DNA of 64,000 nucleotides from Bacillus sp. (in: firmicutes) (GCA_021208645.1 JAJOJL010000086.1:6730-70729); one strand, 5' to 3'; shown: positions 1 to 11,818, numbered from the stretch's first letter. Notes: generated by a model not told the origin, from the sequence alone. Numbers and translations: made by a program.

Positions 1-1
1 T

Positions 2-208
2 GAAATTTTTAATAATGCATTAAGTGAAGTAAATGCAGCTCAACTTGAATCAAATAGACTAACAGAAAAACTGGCAACTGGTGAAGTGAATGATATTCAC
101 GAAGTAATGATTGCATCCCAAAAGGCAACACTTTCACTCCAGTTAACAGTTCAAGTCAGGAATAAAGTTGTAGAAGCATATCAAGAAATGATGAGAATGC
201 AAGTATGA
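2..208 (+). CDS. fliE: Flagellar hook-basal body protein FliE (5' truncated by window)
   Basis: Manual translation: ...DIHEVMIASQKATLSLQLTVQVRNKVVEAYQEMMRMQV*; directly upstream of fliF. Confidence 0.95.
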   Translation, partial: EIFNNALSEVNAAQLESNRLTEKLATGEVNDIHEVMIASQKATLSLQLTVQVRNKVVEAYQEMMRMQV

Positions 209-232
209 TGCAAGTTATTAGGATGAAGTGAA

Positions 233-1870
233 ATGAAAGAAAAACTTGAGATATATAAAGCAAAAGCTAGTGGATGGTGGAACAGTTTTCCTACAAAAAC
301 AAAGGGGTTACTTATAGGTTCTTTCTTATTTGCCATAATATTTTTAACGATAATCGTTGTTGTTAGTTCTAAATCTAATTTTTCGCCATTGTACACAAAT
401 TTAACACCGGCGGAAGCAGGTGAAATTAAGACTGCTATTGAGCAAAGAGGAACGCCAGTTCAACTGTCAGCAGATGGAAGAACAATTAGTGTGCCAAATG
501 AAGAGGTTGCTAGTCTGAAAGTGGAATTAGCGGCAGAAGGCCTCCCAAAGAGCGGCAATGTTACATACAGTGTGTTTAGCGATAATATGGGATTAGGTAT
601 GACAGACAGACATTTTGATGTGGTTGAACGGGACGCTATGCAAAATGAACTTGCCTTTTTAATCAGGCAAATTAATGGGATTTCAGATGCTAATGTAATG
701 ATTACGCTCCCTAAGGAAAATTTTTGGCTCTCAGATGACCCGAAAGTGGCGACTGCATCAGTAGTTATTACAAATGAACCTTGGACACAATTAGATCCAA
801 AACAAGTAAATGGCCTTTATCATTTGATAAGTAAGAGTATACCTAATTTACCGCCTGATCAAATCGTCATCATGGATCAAAACGGGCAATCCTACCGAAT
901 GCAGGATGAAAATCAGTTAGACTCAACTTTGTCAGTTTATCAGCAACAGCGAGAGATTCGTAAGGATATTGAACAAGATATTCAGCGAGAGCTTCAACAA
1001 ATGCTTGGGTTGATATTGGGTAGAGATAAAGTAGTTGTGTCTGTCATGGCAAGCATGGATTTTACAAAAGAGAATCGAGAAGAAAGTCTAGTTGAACCTG
1101 TTGATATTGTCAACCGTCAAGGTATAGAAATTAGTGTGGAACGTATTGTTGAATCCTTTTCTAATGATGGGAGTTCTGTATCGGAGGCAAGTGGAACAGG
1201 GGATTCAGAAATTGCTAACTATCCCGCAATTGGTTCAGGAGAAGGTAGTAGTACTTCTGAACGAACGGAAGAACGAATTAACAGGGAAGTAAACAGGATT
1301 TACCGTCAAATGGAGTTAAGTCCCTTTGTCATTGATGATATTACCATAAATGTAGGTGTGGAACCGCCAGATCCGGAAAATATAGAAAGTTTAACACCTG
1401 AAAATATTACGGACATAGAGAATATTTTAAAAAATGTGGTGAGTACATCTTTAAGTATGAATGGTACCAATTTATCAGAAGCAGAACTAGATGATCGTAT
1501 TTCTGTTTTCGCCATGGAGTTTCATGGTCGACCGGCAGTTGGTAGTGAACTAATAGAAAAAACATGGTTTGAAAGTCTGCCTGGAAATGCTCTTTGGATG
1601 GCACTCGGTGGATTAGGTCTATTAGGGAGTCTTCTAATTTTTGCATTGGTAATTCGCAGAAGAAGCCGTGAACAAGAGGAAGAAGAGGAACCAATAATGG
1701 AAGTACCTATGGACGAGCCTCCAACTCAAATAAATCATGAGAATGAAACGGATGTGGACTTATCTGAATTTGACACATCCAATCCTAAGCGGAAAGTAAT
1801 TGAGAAGTTGGCTAAAGAACGTCCAGAGGATTTCGCTAAGTTAATTCGATCGTGGATGGCAGATGATTAA
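233..1870 (+). CDS. fliF: Flagellar MS-ring protein
   Basis: 545 aa, two TM segments, LAAEGLPKSG motif, C-terminal PEDFAKLIRSW. Confidence 0.96.
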   Translation: MKEKLEIYKAKASGWWNSFPTKTKGLLIGSFLFAIIFLTIIVVVSSKSNFSPLYTNLTPAEAGEIKTAIEQRGTPVQLSADGRTISVPNEEVASLKVELAAEGLPKSGNVTYSVFSDNMGLGMTDRHFDVVERDAMQNELAFLIRQINGISDANVMITLPKENFWLSDDPKVATASVVITNEPWTQLDPKQVNGLYHLISKSIPNLPPDQIVIMDQNGQSYRMQDENQLDSTLSVYQQQREIRKDIEQDIQRELQQMLGLILGRDKVVVSVMASMDFTKENREESLVEPVDIVNRQGIEISVERIVESFSNDGSSVSEASGTGDSEIANYPAIGSGEGSSTSERTEERINREVNRIYRQMELSPFVIDDITINVGVEPPDPENIESLTPENITDIENILKNVVSTSLSMNGTNLSEAELDDRISVFAMEFHGRPAVGSELIEKTWFESLPGNALWMALGGLGLLGSLLIFALVIRRRSREQEEEEEPIMEVPMDEPPTQINHENETDVDLSEFDTSNPKRKVIEKLAKERPEDFAKLIRSWMADD

Positions 1871-1879
1871 AGGGGTGAC

Positions 1880-2893
1880 ATGATGACACCGGGAGAAGGA
1901 TTAAATGGCATTCAAAAAGCAGCCATACTGCTTGTTGGTTTAGGACCTGAAGCATCTGTTGAGGTCTTTAAGCAACTATCAGAATCGGAAATAGACAAAC
2001 TGACAATGGAAATTTCCAATACACGCCAATTACGGAATAAAGAAACGGAACAAGTTCTTGATGAGTTTTACGACATGATCCTTGCGCAAGATTACATGAG
2101 CGAAGGCGGTCTAGATTACGCAAGAAGTATTCTTGAGCAGGCGTTAGGAAGAGAAAGGGCCATGGATACAATTGGGAGATTGACCAATAGATTACAAGTT
2201 AAACCATTTAGCTTTATAAAGAGCGCATCACCTAGCCAAATTGTTAACATTTTGCAACATGAACATGCTCAAACAATCGCATTAGTTTTGTCGCATTTGG
2301 ATTCATTACAGTCATCAGAAATTCTTTCACAGCTGCCTGCTAGTAAGCAAGTAGAAGTGGCAAGGAGAATTGCTTTATTAGAGAGTACATCTCCAGAAGT
2401 AATACATCAAATTGAGCAAGTTCTTGAAAGAAAGCTTTCAGCATCTGGTGCACAACATTATACTTCTACTGGTGGTGTTGACGCGATAGTAAAAGTATTA
2501 GGAAAGGTTAACCGTTCAACAGAAAAAACGATTCTATCTGAATTGGAGATAGAAAATCCAGAGCTTGTTAAAGAAATTAAAAAGCGATTATTTGTTTTTG
2601 AAGATATTGTTAACTTGGATGCTAAATCGATTCAGCGGGTTATCCGTGAAGTCAATGACAGTGATTTAACATATGCACTTAAGGTTATGAATGATGAGGT
2701 TAAAGAAGCAATTTTCAATAACATTTCCCAAAGAAGGGGAGAAGCGCTTCAAGAAGAAATCAGCTTAATGGGGCCGGTTAAATTAAAAGACGTAGAAAAA
2801 TCCCAGGAGAATATTGTTGCTGTCATTAGAGATTTAGAAGAACAAGGGGAAATTGTCATTGCGCGTGGTGAAGGGGAGGATGTGGTTGTCTAA
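1880..2893 (+). CDS. fliG: Flagellar motor switch protein
   Basis: QKAAILL, EHAQTIALVLSHL, LFVFEDIV, MGPVKLKDVE motifs. Confidence 0.97.
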   Translation: MMTPGEGLNGIQKAAILLVGLGPEASVEVFKQLSESEIDKLTMEISNTRQLRNKETEQVLDEFYDMILAQDYMSEGGLDYARSILEQALGRERAMDTIGRLTNRLQVKPFSFIKSASPSQIVNILQHEHAQTIALVLSHLDSLQSSEILSQLPASKQVEVARRIALLESTSPEVIHQIEQVLERKLSASGAQHYTSTGGVDAIVKVLGKVNRSTEKTILSELEIENPELVKEIKKRLFVFEDIVNLDAKSIQRVIREVNDSDLTYALKVMNDEVKEAIFNNISQRRGEALQEEISLMGPVKLKDVEKSQENIVAVIRDLEEQGEIVIARGEGEDVVV

Positions 2894-3678
2894 GAGTATT
2901 ATTCACATCCATGACTCCCAGCCACTGAAAAAGAGGATTTTGCAACCAAAGATATTTGAAAGTAAAAAAAGTGGATACAAACGTAAATCAACCAGACCCT
3001 GTTTTTCTGAAGCAACAATTAGTATTAGAAGTTGAAGCGTTAAGGAAAGAACAGTTGGAACTACAAGAACAATTAGCAACAGAGAAAACGAATGCCCTTC
3101 AGGACATCCAGCAATGGTGGCAAGAAAAAGAAGTGGAATTGGAAGAAGTAAGTAAGCAACTAGAAATAAATGCCCGTGAACAAGGGTTTCAAGAAGGTTA
3201 TAAAAATGGTTTGGCACAGGCTGAAGAAGATATGAAGGAGAAGCACCAAGAGATAAAAAAAATTGTGGAAACCGCTTATCTTGAAAAAGAAAAAATCATT
3301 CAACAAGCCGAACCGTTCATATTATCCCTCAGTATAAAAATTGCAGAAAAAATTATTAAAAATGAATTGAAACAGCACAGCGAGCAACTGATTATCATGA
3401 TACGAGAATCTTTAAAACAAATTGATCAATCGGGAACTGTCGTCATGCAAGTATCAGCAGAAGACTATCCTATTATACTGCCGTTTATGGAAGAGTTGAT
3501 GAATTACGTAGATTCAGAGTTTAAATTGGTTCCTGTTCCAAACCTGCTGCAAGGTGGGTGTATGATTCATACTGACAATGGCTCGTATGATGTAACCATC
3601 GATAGTCAGTTGAAGGAAATTAGAAAACAGTTACTCACCCTTTGTGAGGAGAATGTCAATGATGAATCGAAGGGATGA
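2886..3678 (+). CDS. fliH: Flagellar export protein FliH (frameshift near 2960)
   Basis: GFQEGYKNG repeats and GGCMIHTDNGSYD; N-terminus MSKSII in another frame. Confidence 0.9.
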
Positions 3679-4982
3679 ATATTTAACGTTAATTGATGAA
3701 CTGGAGGCCGTAAAAAAACACGGAAAGGTCATTCAAGTTATTGGTTTAACGATTGAATCAAAGGGACCAAAGGCTAATATTGGAGAACTGTGCTTGTTGT
3801 ATCCTGACTTACATGAAGAGCCGATTGAAGCGGAAGTGGTTGGTTTTAAGGGAAATCGACTACTTTTAATGCCATTGAAGGATCTATCCCAAGTAGGACC
3901 AGGCTGTTTAGTAGAAGCAACGGGAATACCACTCCAAATAAAGGTAGGTCCGTCTATTTTAGGAAAAGTCTTGGACGGAACCGGTAATCCGTTAGATAAA
4001 AGTAAACTCCCTAGGGGGTTAACTAAATATTCCACGAACAATGCTCCGCCTAATCCGATGGAGAGACCAAGAATTGTCGCCCCCCCTAGAAGTTGGGGTT
4101 CGGGCAATTGATGGATTGCTTACTGTAGGTCAAGGGCAAAGGATGGGCGTATTTGCAGGTAGCGGTGTAGGTAAAAGTACATTGATGGGGATGATTGCCA
4201 GGAACACGGAAGCAGACGTTAATGTGATTGCATTGATAGGAGAGCGCGGGAGGGAAGTCCGGGACTTCATTGAGCGGGACCTAGGAGATGAAGGGTTAAA
4301 GAAATCGGTAGTTATTGTGGCTACCTCTGATCAGCCTCCATTGCAACGAATTAAGGGGGCAATGACGGCAACAGCCATAGCAGAATATTTTAGAGATCAG
4401 GGTAAAAATGTCATGTTGATGATGGACTCAGTAACAAGATTTGCCATGGCCCAGCGGGAAGTTGGACTAACTGTAGGAGAACCACCTGCCAGTAAAGGAT
4501 ACACTCCAAGTGTATTTGCCTTATTGCCTAAGTTACTAGAGCGATCAGGGACTTCCCGTAAAGGATCCATTACTGCCTTTTACACTGTGCTTGTGGACGG
4601 AGATGACTTGAATGAACCTATTGCTGATGCTGTTAGAGGAATTTTAGACGGACATATTGTACTTGATAGGAAGATTGCTCAAAAGGGACAGTATCCAGCT
4701 ATCAATGTTCTGCAAAGTGTCAGTAGGGTAATGAATGAACTGACATCAAATGAACATCAAATGGCAGCATCCAAATTAAAAGCTTTACTAGCCACCTACG
4801 AATCTTCAGAGGATCTTATTAGTATTGGTGCCTACAAAAGTGGATCAAACAAAGAGGTTGATGAGGCTATCCGTTCGTACCCATTAATTAAAGCTTATTT
4901 ACAACAAAGTATGTATGAAAAAACAAATCTGCAAGAGAGTATAGAATTGTTATCGGCACAATTTAGAGGAGCTACTTCATGA
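3659..4982 (+). CDS. fliI: Flagellar export ATPase (frameshift at C-run near 4080)
   Basis: Walker A GSGVGKST, MMDSVTRFAMAQRE; split into two ORFs. Confidence 0.95.
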
Positions 4983-5427
4983 CAAAATTCAATTACTCAT
5001 TTCAAAGGATATTAGACTTAAAAGAGAGTGAAAAAGAATTTGCCAAAAACCAAATGGCATATGCAGTAAAACTGCAAGAAGAAGGAAGGCAGAAGGTAGC
5101 AACGATTTTAAATAAGATCTTGCATGCAGAGGAAATGAAAAAAGAAAAAGCAACTGAACGGGGGTATCCGTAGTTGAATTAAGAATGATTGATGATTATG
5201 TAAATATGCTCCAAGATGAATTAGATTATTCCAATGAAGAGGTAATTAAGTTAGAGAAGCAAGTTTCTAACACTCAAAAAGATTTACAAGAAAAGACGAT
5301 CGAAGAGAAAACTTGGGGAAATTTAAAAGAAAAGAAACAACTTCTGTTTCAGGAAAAATCAAAATTGGAAGAACAAGCCAAATTAGATGACCTAGTAAGC
5401 AGTCGTTACTATTACTCAACAAGGTAA
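4979..5427 (+). CDS. fliJ: Flagellar export chaperone (frameshift near 5145)
   Basis: FNYSFQRILDLKE N-terminus, coiled coil, EQAKLDD C-terminus, follows fliI. Confidence 0.88.
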
Positions 5428-5445
5428 TAGCTTACTTGAAGGAAG

Positions 5446-6891
5446 GTGGATTTCATAGACTTATTACAGTTGTCTCTTCAAACTACTGTTGACCAAACAA
5501 TTAGAAAAACTACATCAAGTTCCATATTAAATGGACATGACAGTTCAAGTTTTGCAAGTTTGTTCCATGGTTTATCCACTATTGAAATTACTCCAGATGA
5601 AGCAAACCTTGGTGACTTAATTATATTAGACCATATATACGGAAATATGTTATCGAATCAGGAAGATCAACTAGAGTATTCTTACACATTGAAAGAACTA
5701 GTAAAGGATTTAGTGTATATACTAACAGAGTTAAATCAGCCGAAGGAAAATAAATCAGTTCCTGCCGGAGATGAACTAGAATCACTCTACATAGCCAATC
5801 AGACAGAGTCACAAATGCAGCAAAAAGAAGTGAATATACCTTCGCAACCCGTTGAGTATTCTTCTATATCTTTCGAAGAGAAGCAATCTTTTTTGTCGGA
5901 GGGAGAGAAAAGATTTCAAATTTATTTGCCAGAGAAGAAATTAGAAGATGTGATTACTGAACTACTTCACCAACTTCGATTTAGGAAATCCGAAGTGGCG
6001 CAAGAGCGAGGCCAAGAGACTCAGAAAAGGACTCATATACTATCGGTAGAGGGATTGTTGGACACGCTTAACAATTTGTCCAAGGAATTTACTGTTGATC
6101 TTCAGGAGAAAGAAATGGTGTATAACAAACTAGAGAACCTTATTAAATCTTTAACAGAGGTTAAGGAAAAAAAAGCCGAATTGCAAGATATCTTATTGAT
6201 GGATAAGAAACAATTTACAGTAAAAGTACCCAAAATCTTTGAAAATCAGTATTCATTAAACAACATATTTCTAAAATCGGAGAGTGGCAGTTTAGTAGAT
6301 GGGAGCAATTTTTTTGTTAATTCAATACGAGTTCCATCTTCGAGTGGTTTCACGGAAGCAACTCCTGTTGCATCGTTTGATCAGGGGTTACAATTAAAAG
6401 AAGTTCCTGTTCGATCCTCGATCGAAGAAACGATTCAACCTAAAATCATTCGTATGAGCCATATGATTGAAGATTTAGCTAATATTTTCAGGGGAGTGCT
6501 TCGCATTAGCAAAAGCATGGAAGGAACACAATTAAGGCTAAATATCTTTCCAGAACATTTGGGGCATCTGGATATTCGCATTATGGAATCGAATGGAAAG
6601 ATTGCAGCACAAATAATTGCAAGTAGTCTAATGGCCAAAGAAGCTCTTGAACTCCAGATAAACCAACTAAGAACTACTTTATTACAACAAGGACTACTGA
6701 TAGAAAAATTGGAGATTACACAAGAAGGCTTACATCAGACATTTGAACAGCATGGGGAACAAGCTTTTTCACAGCAACAACAAAAAGGTCAATCAGCTCC
6801 TAAGAAGAATGGTTATTCCTTGCAGGAAGAAGAAAAATTGCAACCAAGGATGAAGGACAACCAGGCTGCAAGAGTAGATTATACAATTTAA
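5446..6891 (+). CDS. fliK: Hook-length control protein
   Basis: C-terminal T3S4 domain LNIFPEHLGHLDIRI...QLRTTL. Confidence 0.88.
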   Translation: MDFIDLLQLSLQTTVDQTIRKTTSSSILNGHDSSSFASLFHGLSTIEITPDEANLGDLIILDHIYGNMLSNQEDQLEYSYTLKELVKDLVYILTELNQPKENKSVPAGDELESLYIANQTESQMQQKEVNIPSQPVEYSSISFEEKQSFLSEGEKRFQIYLPEKKLEDVITELLHQLRFRKSEVAQERGQETQKRTHILSVEGLLDTLNNLSKEFTVDLQEKEMVYNKLENLIKSLTEVKEKKAELQDILLMDKKQFTVKVPKIFENQYSLNNIFLKSESGSLVDGSNFFVNSIRVPSSSGFTEATPVASFDQGLQLKEVPVRSSIEETIQPKIIRMSHMIEDLANIFRGVLRISKSMEGTQLRLNIFPEHLGHLDIRIMESNGKIAAQIIASSLMAKEALELQINQLRTTLLQQGLLIEKLEITQEGLHQTFEQHGEQAFSQQQQKGQSAPKKNGYSLQEEEKLQPRMKDNQAARVDYTI

Positions 6892-6914
6892 TATGAAAGG
6901 GGGAGGTTATTCGA

Positions 6915-7362
6915 ATGAACGTCTATGGTTTAAGTTCTGTCAATACAACGAATGGAGTTGCAACAGCTAGACAAGGAGAGTCTAATTCTCTTGGCCAAGA
7001 TGCTTTCTTAAAAATACTAGTGGCGCAAATGAAGAATCAAGACCCAATGGAGCCTATGAAGGATACAGAGTTCATTGCTCAAATGGCACAGTTCAGTAGC
7101 TTAGAACAATTAACGAACTTAAAATAAAACCATGACTCATTTTATGGGGATGCAAAGTGGACTTGCCATCACAGAAAATGCCCATCTTATTGGTAAATCT
7201 GTTCGATGGGAACAGAAAGAAAATGAACAATTGGTTACAGGAGAAGGTGTTGTTAAAGCATTAACGATTGTGAATGGGGAATTAATGATTGAGCTTGAAA
7301 ACAGCAGCAACAGAGTTTCGATTTTTTCCATTAACCATGTAGAAGAAAGTACTACTAAATAA
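6915..7362 (+). CDS. flgD: Hook capping protein (frameshift near 7125)
   Basis: [23 protein letters not shown]...[13 protein letters not shown]. Confidence 0.93.
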
Positions 7363-7389
7363 ACAATTACCCGAGAGGAGATAATCTTT

Positions 7390-8154
7390 ATGCTTCGTTC
7401 AATGTATGCTGGTGTATCAGGAATGAAAAGTTTTCAAACAAAATTAGACGTGATTGGTAATAATATTTCTAATGTAAATACGGTAGGGTACAAAAAAAGT
7501 ACAGTTAGTTTTCAAGATTTACTAAGCCAGAATCTATCAGGTAATGGTGTGAACCCGATGCAAGTAGGGTTAGGGACTTCTACTTCTGCCATAACCGTAC
7601 AGCACACCCAAGGATCAGCGATGGCAACGGGAAACGGTACGGATTTAACAATCATCGGTGATGGATTCTTCGTCGTACGCGACCCTAATGGGGGACAAGA
7701 GTATTTAACACGTGCAGGGAACTTTTTAGTAGATGACGCAGGAAACTTAGTTACTCAGCAAGGTTTTCATGTTCTAAATAGTGAAGGGGCTCCTATTTCT
7801 ATTGATCGTGAACAGTTCTTATCCTTTACCATTAACCAGCAAGGGTTAGTGGAGGGGAGAATGGCTGATGGATCAAATCAACAATTAGGCACTATTGGTG
7901 TTGCTGCACCAGGAAACCCATCAGCATTGGTGAAAGCTGGGGGATCCTTATATGAAATGGGAGAAGGAATTACCATTGAAAATGCAACGGTAGTGAATTC
8001 TAGGGTAGCATCTGGACAATTGGAAATGTCCAACGTTGATTTAACGGAAGAATTTACAGAAATGATTGTTGCTCAACGAGGGTTTCAAGCAAATTCCCGG
8101 ACTGTAACAGTATCAGACGAGATCTTGCAGGAAGTTGTGAACTTGAAACGATAG
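7390..8154 (+). CDS. flgE: Flagellar hook protein (short Bacillus type)
   Basis: DVIGNNISNVNTVGYK, LEMSNVDLTEEFTEMIVAQRGFQANSR; follows flgD. Confidence 0.88.
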   Translation: MLRSMYAGVSGMKSFQTKLDVIGNNISNVNTVGYKKSTVSFQDLLSQNLSGNGVNPMQVGLGTSTSAITVQHTQGSAMATGNGTDLTIIGDGFFVVRDPNGGQEYLTRAGNFLVDDAGNLVTQQGFHVLNSEGAPISIDREQFLSFTINQQGLVEGRMADGSNQQLGTIGVAAPGNPSALVKAGGSLYEMGEGITIENATVVNSRVASGQLEMSNVDLTEEFTEMIVAQRGFQANSRTVTVSDEILQEVVNLKR

Positions 8155-8208
8155 GATAAGGGGGGAGGCTGAGAGAGGATTTATTTACCTCTCTCGCCAC
8201 GCATAGTC

Positions 8209-8424
8209 ATGATTTTATTAACTAAGTTAAATCAGTCACCGATTACCATTAATGCAATCTATATTGAAAGATTAGAAGCCACACCAGACACAGTAGTAAC
8301 GCTGTTGTCAGGTAAGAAGGTTCATGTTTTAGAATCTGTAGAGGAAGTAACGGATAAAGTTACTGACTTTTATCGAAGAATTAATCTTTTATCGAGCTTA
8401 CAAAATCCAAACATTAAAGAATGA
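8209..8424 (+). CDS. swrD: FlbD/SwrD (YlzI) family flagellar protein
   Basis: MILLTKLN...INAIYIERLEATPDTVVTLLSGKK. Confidence 0.88.
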   Translation: MILLTKLNQSPITINAIYIERLEATPDTVVTLLSGKKVHVLESVEEVTDKVTDFYRRINLLSSLQNPNIKE

Positions 8425-8438
8425 GAAGGTGAGGAGTT

Positions 8439-9424
8439 ATGGTTGATAGTTTATTAGGTGAAAACTCAAATGCCATCCTCACTGCAGAAAAGGATACTGA
8501 GGGTTACAAGGCAGATGGTGGAGGTAAGGCTAAAAAAGTCCATACGTATGATTTTAAAAAAGCGCTTCGCTTTTCTCAAGATCAAATTCGTACCATCACA
8601 CGAATACATGAAAATCATGTTCGTTTATTAACATCCTACTTTTCTACACAGCTCCGAACATTTGTCCAAATATCTGTTCAGTCTGTCGAACAATGCCCCT
8701 ACGAAGAGTTCCTCCGTAGAGTAGAAAAAAAATCGATTCTCGGAGTATTTAAAGCAGCGCCTCTGCAAGGGACAATGGTGATGGAGTTTTCTGCAGCGTT
8801 TGCTAATGTCATGTTTGATCGCTTGCTTGGTGGCCAAGGGAAATTAACGAATACGAACGATGAATTAACGGAAATAGAGCTTTCGATTATAGAAAGGGTA
8901 TTTAAAAAATCATTAGCAAGCTTTGGTGAAGCATGGTCGTCTGTCGATAAATTAGACCCAGTTTTAAAGGAAATTGAATTAAACCCACAGTTTTTAACAA
9001 TTGCACCACCTAATGAAACGGTAATACTCGTCTCATTAACTACTACCATAGGAAAAGAACAGGGCTCGATTAATATTTGCCTACCCCACGTAGTATTAGA
9101 ACAAATTTTGCCGAAATTAACAGCGAAGCATTGGCTCGCGAATCAAAAGAAAACGATAGCTGCCCATGACGTAGAAGAATTGGAGAAAAAACTTCAGCAG
9201 GCAAAGTTAGATGTGAAAGCGATACTTGGGCAAACGAAGATAGACCTGGGAGATTTTTTAAATCTAAAAAAGGGAGATGTGGTTCGACTAAGTGAAACAT
9301 GTGATGCTCCCGTTATGATAATGGTAGATAAAAAACTGAAGTTTTAGGGCAACCGGGAATTTCTAAAGGTAGAATGGCGGTACAAATAATGGAAGTTTGC
9401 GGAAAAGGAGAAGAACTGGAATGA
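8439..9424 (+). CDS. fliM: Flagellar motor switch protein FliM (C-terminal frameshift near 9345)
   Basis: YDFKKALRFSQDQIRT, NPQFLTIAPPNE; SpoA tail GQPGISKGRMAVQI in another frame. Confidence 0.93.
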
Positions 9425-10464
9425 AAGAAAATGAGTTATCTCCAGATGAGATAAAGGCATTACTAGGTTTAAAGGAAGAAGTGACAAAAACAGTTCCGAA
9501 TTCATCTATATCGAATAAAGAGAAAGAAGTATTACATGAACTGTTTAGCCTTTCTTTAGGAGGCTCCTGTCAAACACTTTCCAAAGACTTCAATCAAGAG
9601 GTAGAAGTAACGGCATTAAAACTTACTACCATAACTAAGGAAGAGTTCCTTAATGGTAATTTACCCACTTACTATATGGTAATAAGTGAATTTTCAGGTG
9701 GAGTAAATGGGCGGTATTTTCTTACTATCTCCGCTGCAGATGCTGAGAATTTAAAAGTGTTATTGGTTCATAGTGGGCAGACAGATAGCCTGAATAAAGA
9801 GGAACAGGTTATCGAGGCAGTACTTCAACCAATCCTTCAATCTGTGATTAAGACCTTAGGAACAATCCTCAATGTGGAGCTTTACCAACACATAACGGGT
9901 TTGGATGTGGTAACTAACCCTTCAACCACTAATTTGGATTCTTTTACAGAAGAGCATTCGTTCGTCAAATCAGGCTTTTCCATAAAAGTTGGGGTGGATA
10001 AAGAAGTAATATTTAATAGTTATATCCCTGAACGTACAGCAAAACAAGTGGTTAACTTACTAGTGAATCAAGAAAACTTACAGGAGGTAGAAGAGATGCC
10101 TTTTCAATCCATGGACCCTTTAGCGAATAATGAAAATAAGAAAGTGGATGCAGGCGTAGAATCTAACATCCAATCTGTGCAGTTTTCCAATTTTAATGCA
10201 TCGGAAACAACGGATTTTTCAACCAATAATTTGAATATGCTGTTGGATATTCCTCTTCAAGTCACAGTTGAGCTAGGACGAACTAAAAGAATGGTCAAGG
10301 AAGTTCTAGAGATATCCCAAGGCTCTATCATAGAACTTGATAAATTAGCAGGAGAGCCAGTTGATATTTTAGTAAATAATAAATTAATAGCTGTAGGGGA
10401 AGTTGTTGTAATTGATGAAAATTTTGGTGTTAGAGTAACGGAAATTGTTTCAAAGCTCCGTTAA
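9421..10464 (+). CDS. fliY: Switch protein FliY/FliN with degenerate CheC-like domain
   Basis: C-terminal FliN domain LDIPLQVTVELGRT...GEVVVIDENFGVRV; start taken at ATG 9421. Confidence 0.9.
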   Translation: MKENELSPDEIKALLGLKEEVTKTVPNSSISNKEKEVLHELFSLSLGGSCQTLSKDFNQEVEVTALKLTTITKEEFLNGNLPTYYMVISEFSGGVNGRYFLTISAADAENLKVLLVHSGQTDSLNKEEQVIEAVLQPILQSVIKTLGTILNVELYQHITGLDVVTNPSTTNLDSFTEEHSFVKSGFSIKVGVDKEVIFNSYIPERTAKQVVNLLVNQENLQEVEEMPFQSMDPLANNENKKVDAGVESNIQSVQFSNFNASETTDFSTNNLNMLLDIPLQVTVELGRTKRMVKEVLEISQGSIIELDKLAGEPVDILVNNKLIAVGEVVVIDENFGVRVTEIVSKLR

Positions 10465-10488
10465 AACCTAGGTAAGGAGATTGCAAGA

Positions 10489-11140
10489 TTGATTGTAAAA
10501 AAAGCATTATACGTTGTTGTTTTATTAATAATAATTTCAACCCCTACTTGGAATGTTCCAATTGCTGAGGCTGACTACAAATGTTTACGACAGTTTTCAT
10601 GGGGAACAGACTCCAGATTCAGAAGAAAGCCAAGATGAAATTATGTCTAGTCTTAATGACGGGAGAAGTACCGGGGTTATTATTGGCCAACTTTTTCTTT
10701 ACACTTTACTTATTTTGCTATTAATCTATGGATTAATAAAATTTCTTTCGTTAAAACAAAGTAAATTCCAACCTAATCAAGTGGTAAAGATGCTGGGAGG
10801 AACGTCATTAGGAAACAACAAATCCTTACAATTAATAAAAGTTGGCGGGAAGGTTTATTTAATCGGTGTGGCTGACCAAGTAAACTTGATTAAGGAAGTT
10901 ACAGATACAGAGGAACTTCATGTTATTGAGAGTGATTTGGAGGCAAGTAAACAACTTCCATTTTCGGAAGGAATGCTGGATTTTTATAAAAGTACAGTTA
11001 GCCAATGGCTTGGAGCAAAGGGAAAGAATCATGACTTCAAAGAGATGTTTCAACAAAGCTTAAGGAGACAAAAGGAGAAGCAAGATGAGCTGACGGGAAC
11101 ATTGAAGCAGGAGCAGGATAAAGAGGAGAAGCTAAAATGA
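10489..11140 (+). CDS. fliO: Flagellar biosynthesis protein FliO/FliZ (5' frameshift)
   Basis: TM followed by LGGTSLGNNKSLQLIKVGGKVYLIGV; signal-like N-terminus in another frame. Confidence 0.88.
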
Positions 11141-11818
11141 TCAATACGCTTATTTTTATTCCTGGAATCAATTTCGGTACAGATGCCCCTGGAGATGTTG
11201 CAGTAACATTACAGCTATTATTTCTTTTAACTGTATTGTCTATCGCACCTGCAATATTGATTATGCTCACAAGCTTTACAAGAATCATCGTTGTTTTATC
11301 CTTGTCAGAACAGGATTAGGGACACAATCGATGCCACCAAATCAAGTCCTTGTTGGCTTAGCGTTGTTTTTTAACTTTTTTTTGTAATGTCACCCATTAT
11401 AACCAATGTAAATGAAACGGCATTGCAACCTTATTTAGCTGGGGAGATAACACAAGAAGAGGCATTGGATACGGCGGTTATACCTATAAAAGAATTCATG
11501 GCGAAGCATACCCGGGAAAAGGATTTAGCTTTGTTTATGAATTATGCAGGCATGCCGAGACCAAGTAGTTTAGAGGAGATTCCTTTGTCAGCGTTGATTC
11601 CCGCATTTGCTATAAGTGAGTTAAAAACGGCATTTCAGATTGGGATTGTTATTTTTATTCCGTTTTTAATTATTGATATGGTGGTGGCCAGTACACTGAT
11701 GGCAATGGGGATGATGATGATTCCGCCTGTAATGATCTCCCTGCCTTTTAAAATATTGTTGTTTGTCCTTGTTGACGGCTGGTATTTAATTATCGAATCA
11801 CTGCTCATTAGTTTTTAA
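11137..11818 (+). CDS. fliP: Export gate protein FliP (frameshifted)
   Basis: TSFTRIIVVL, IPAFAISELKTAFQIG, LPFKILLFVLVDGW. Confidence 0.95.

Noticed and set aside
4075-4090. Possible programmed frameshift in fliI (C-run), also sigD (A-run)
   Set aside because: Cannot be distinguished from the window-wide homopolymer error pattern
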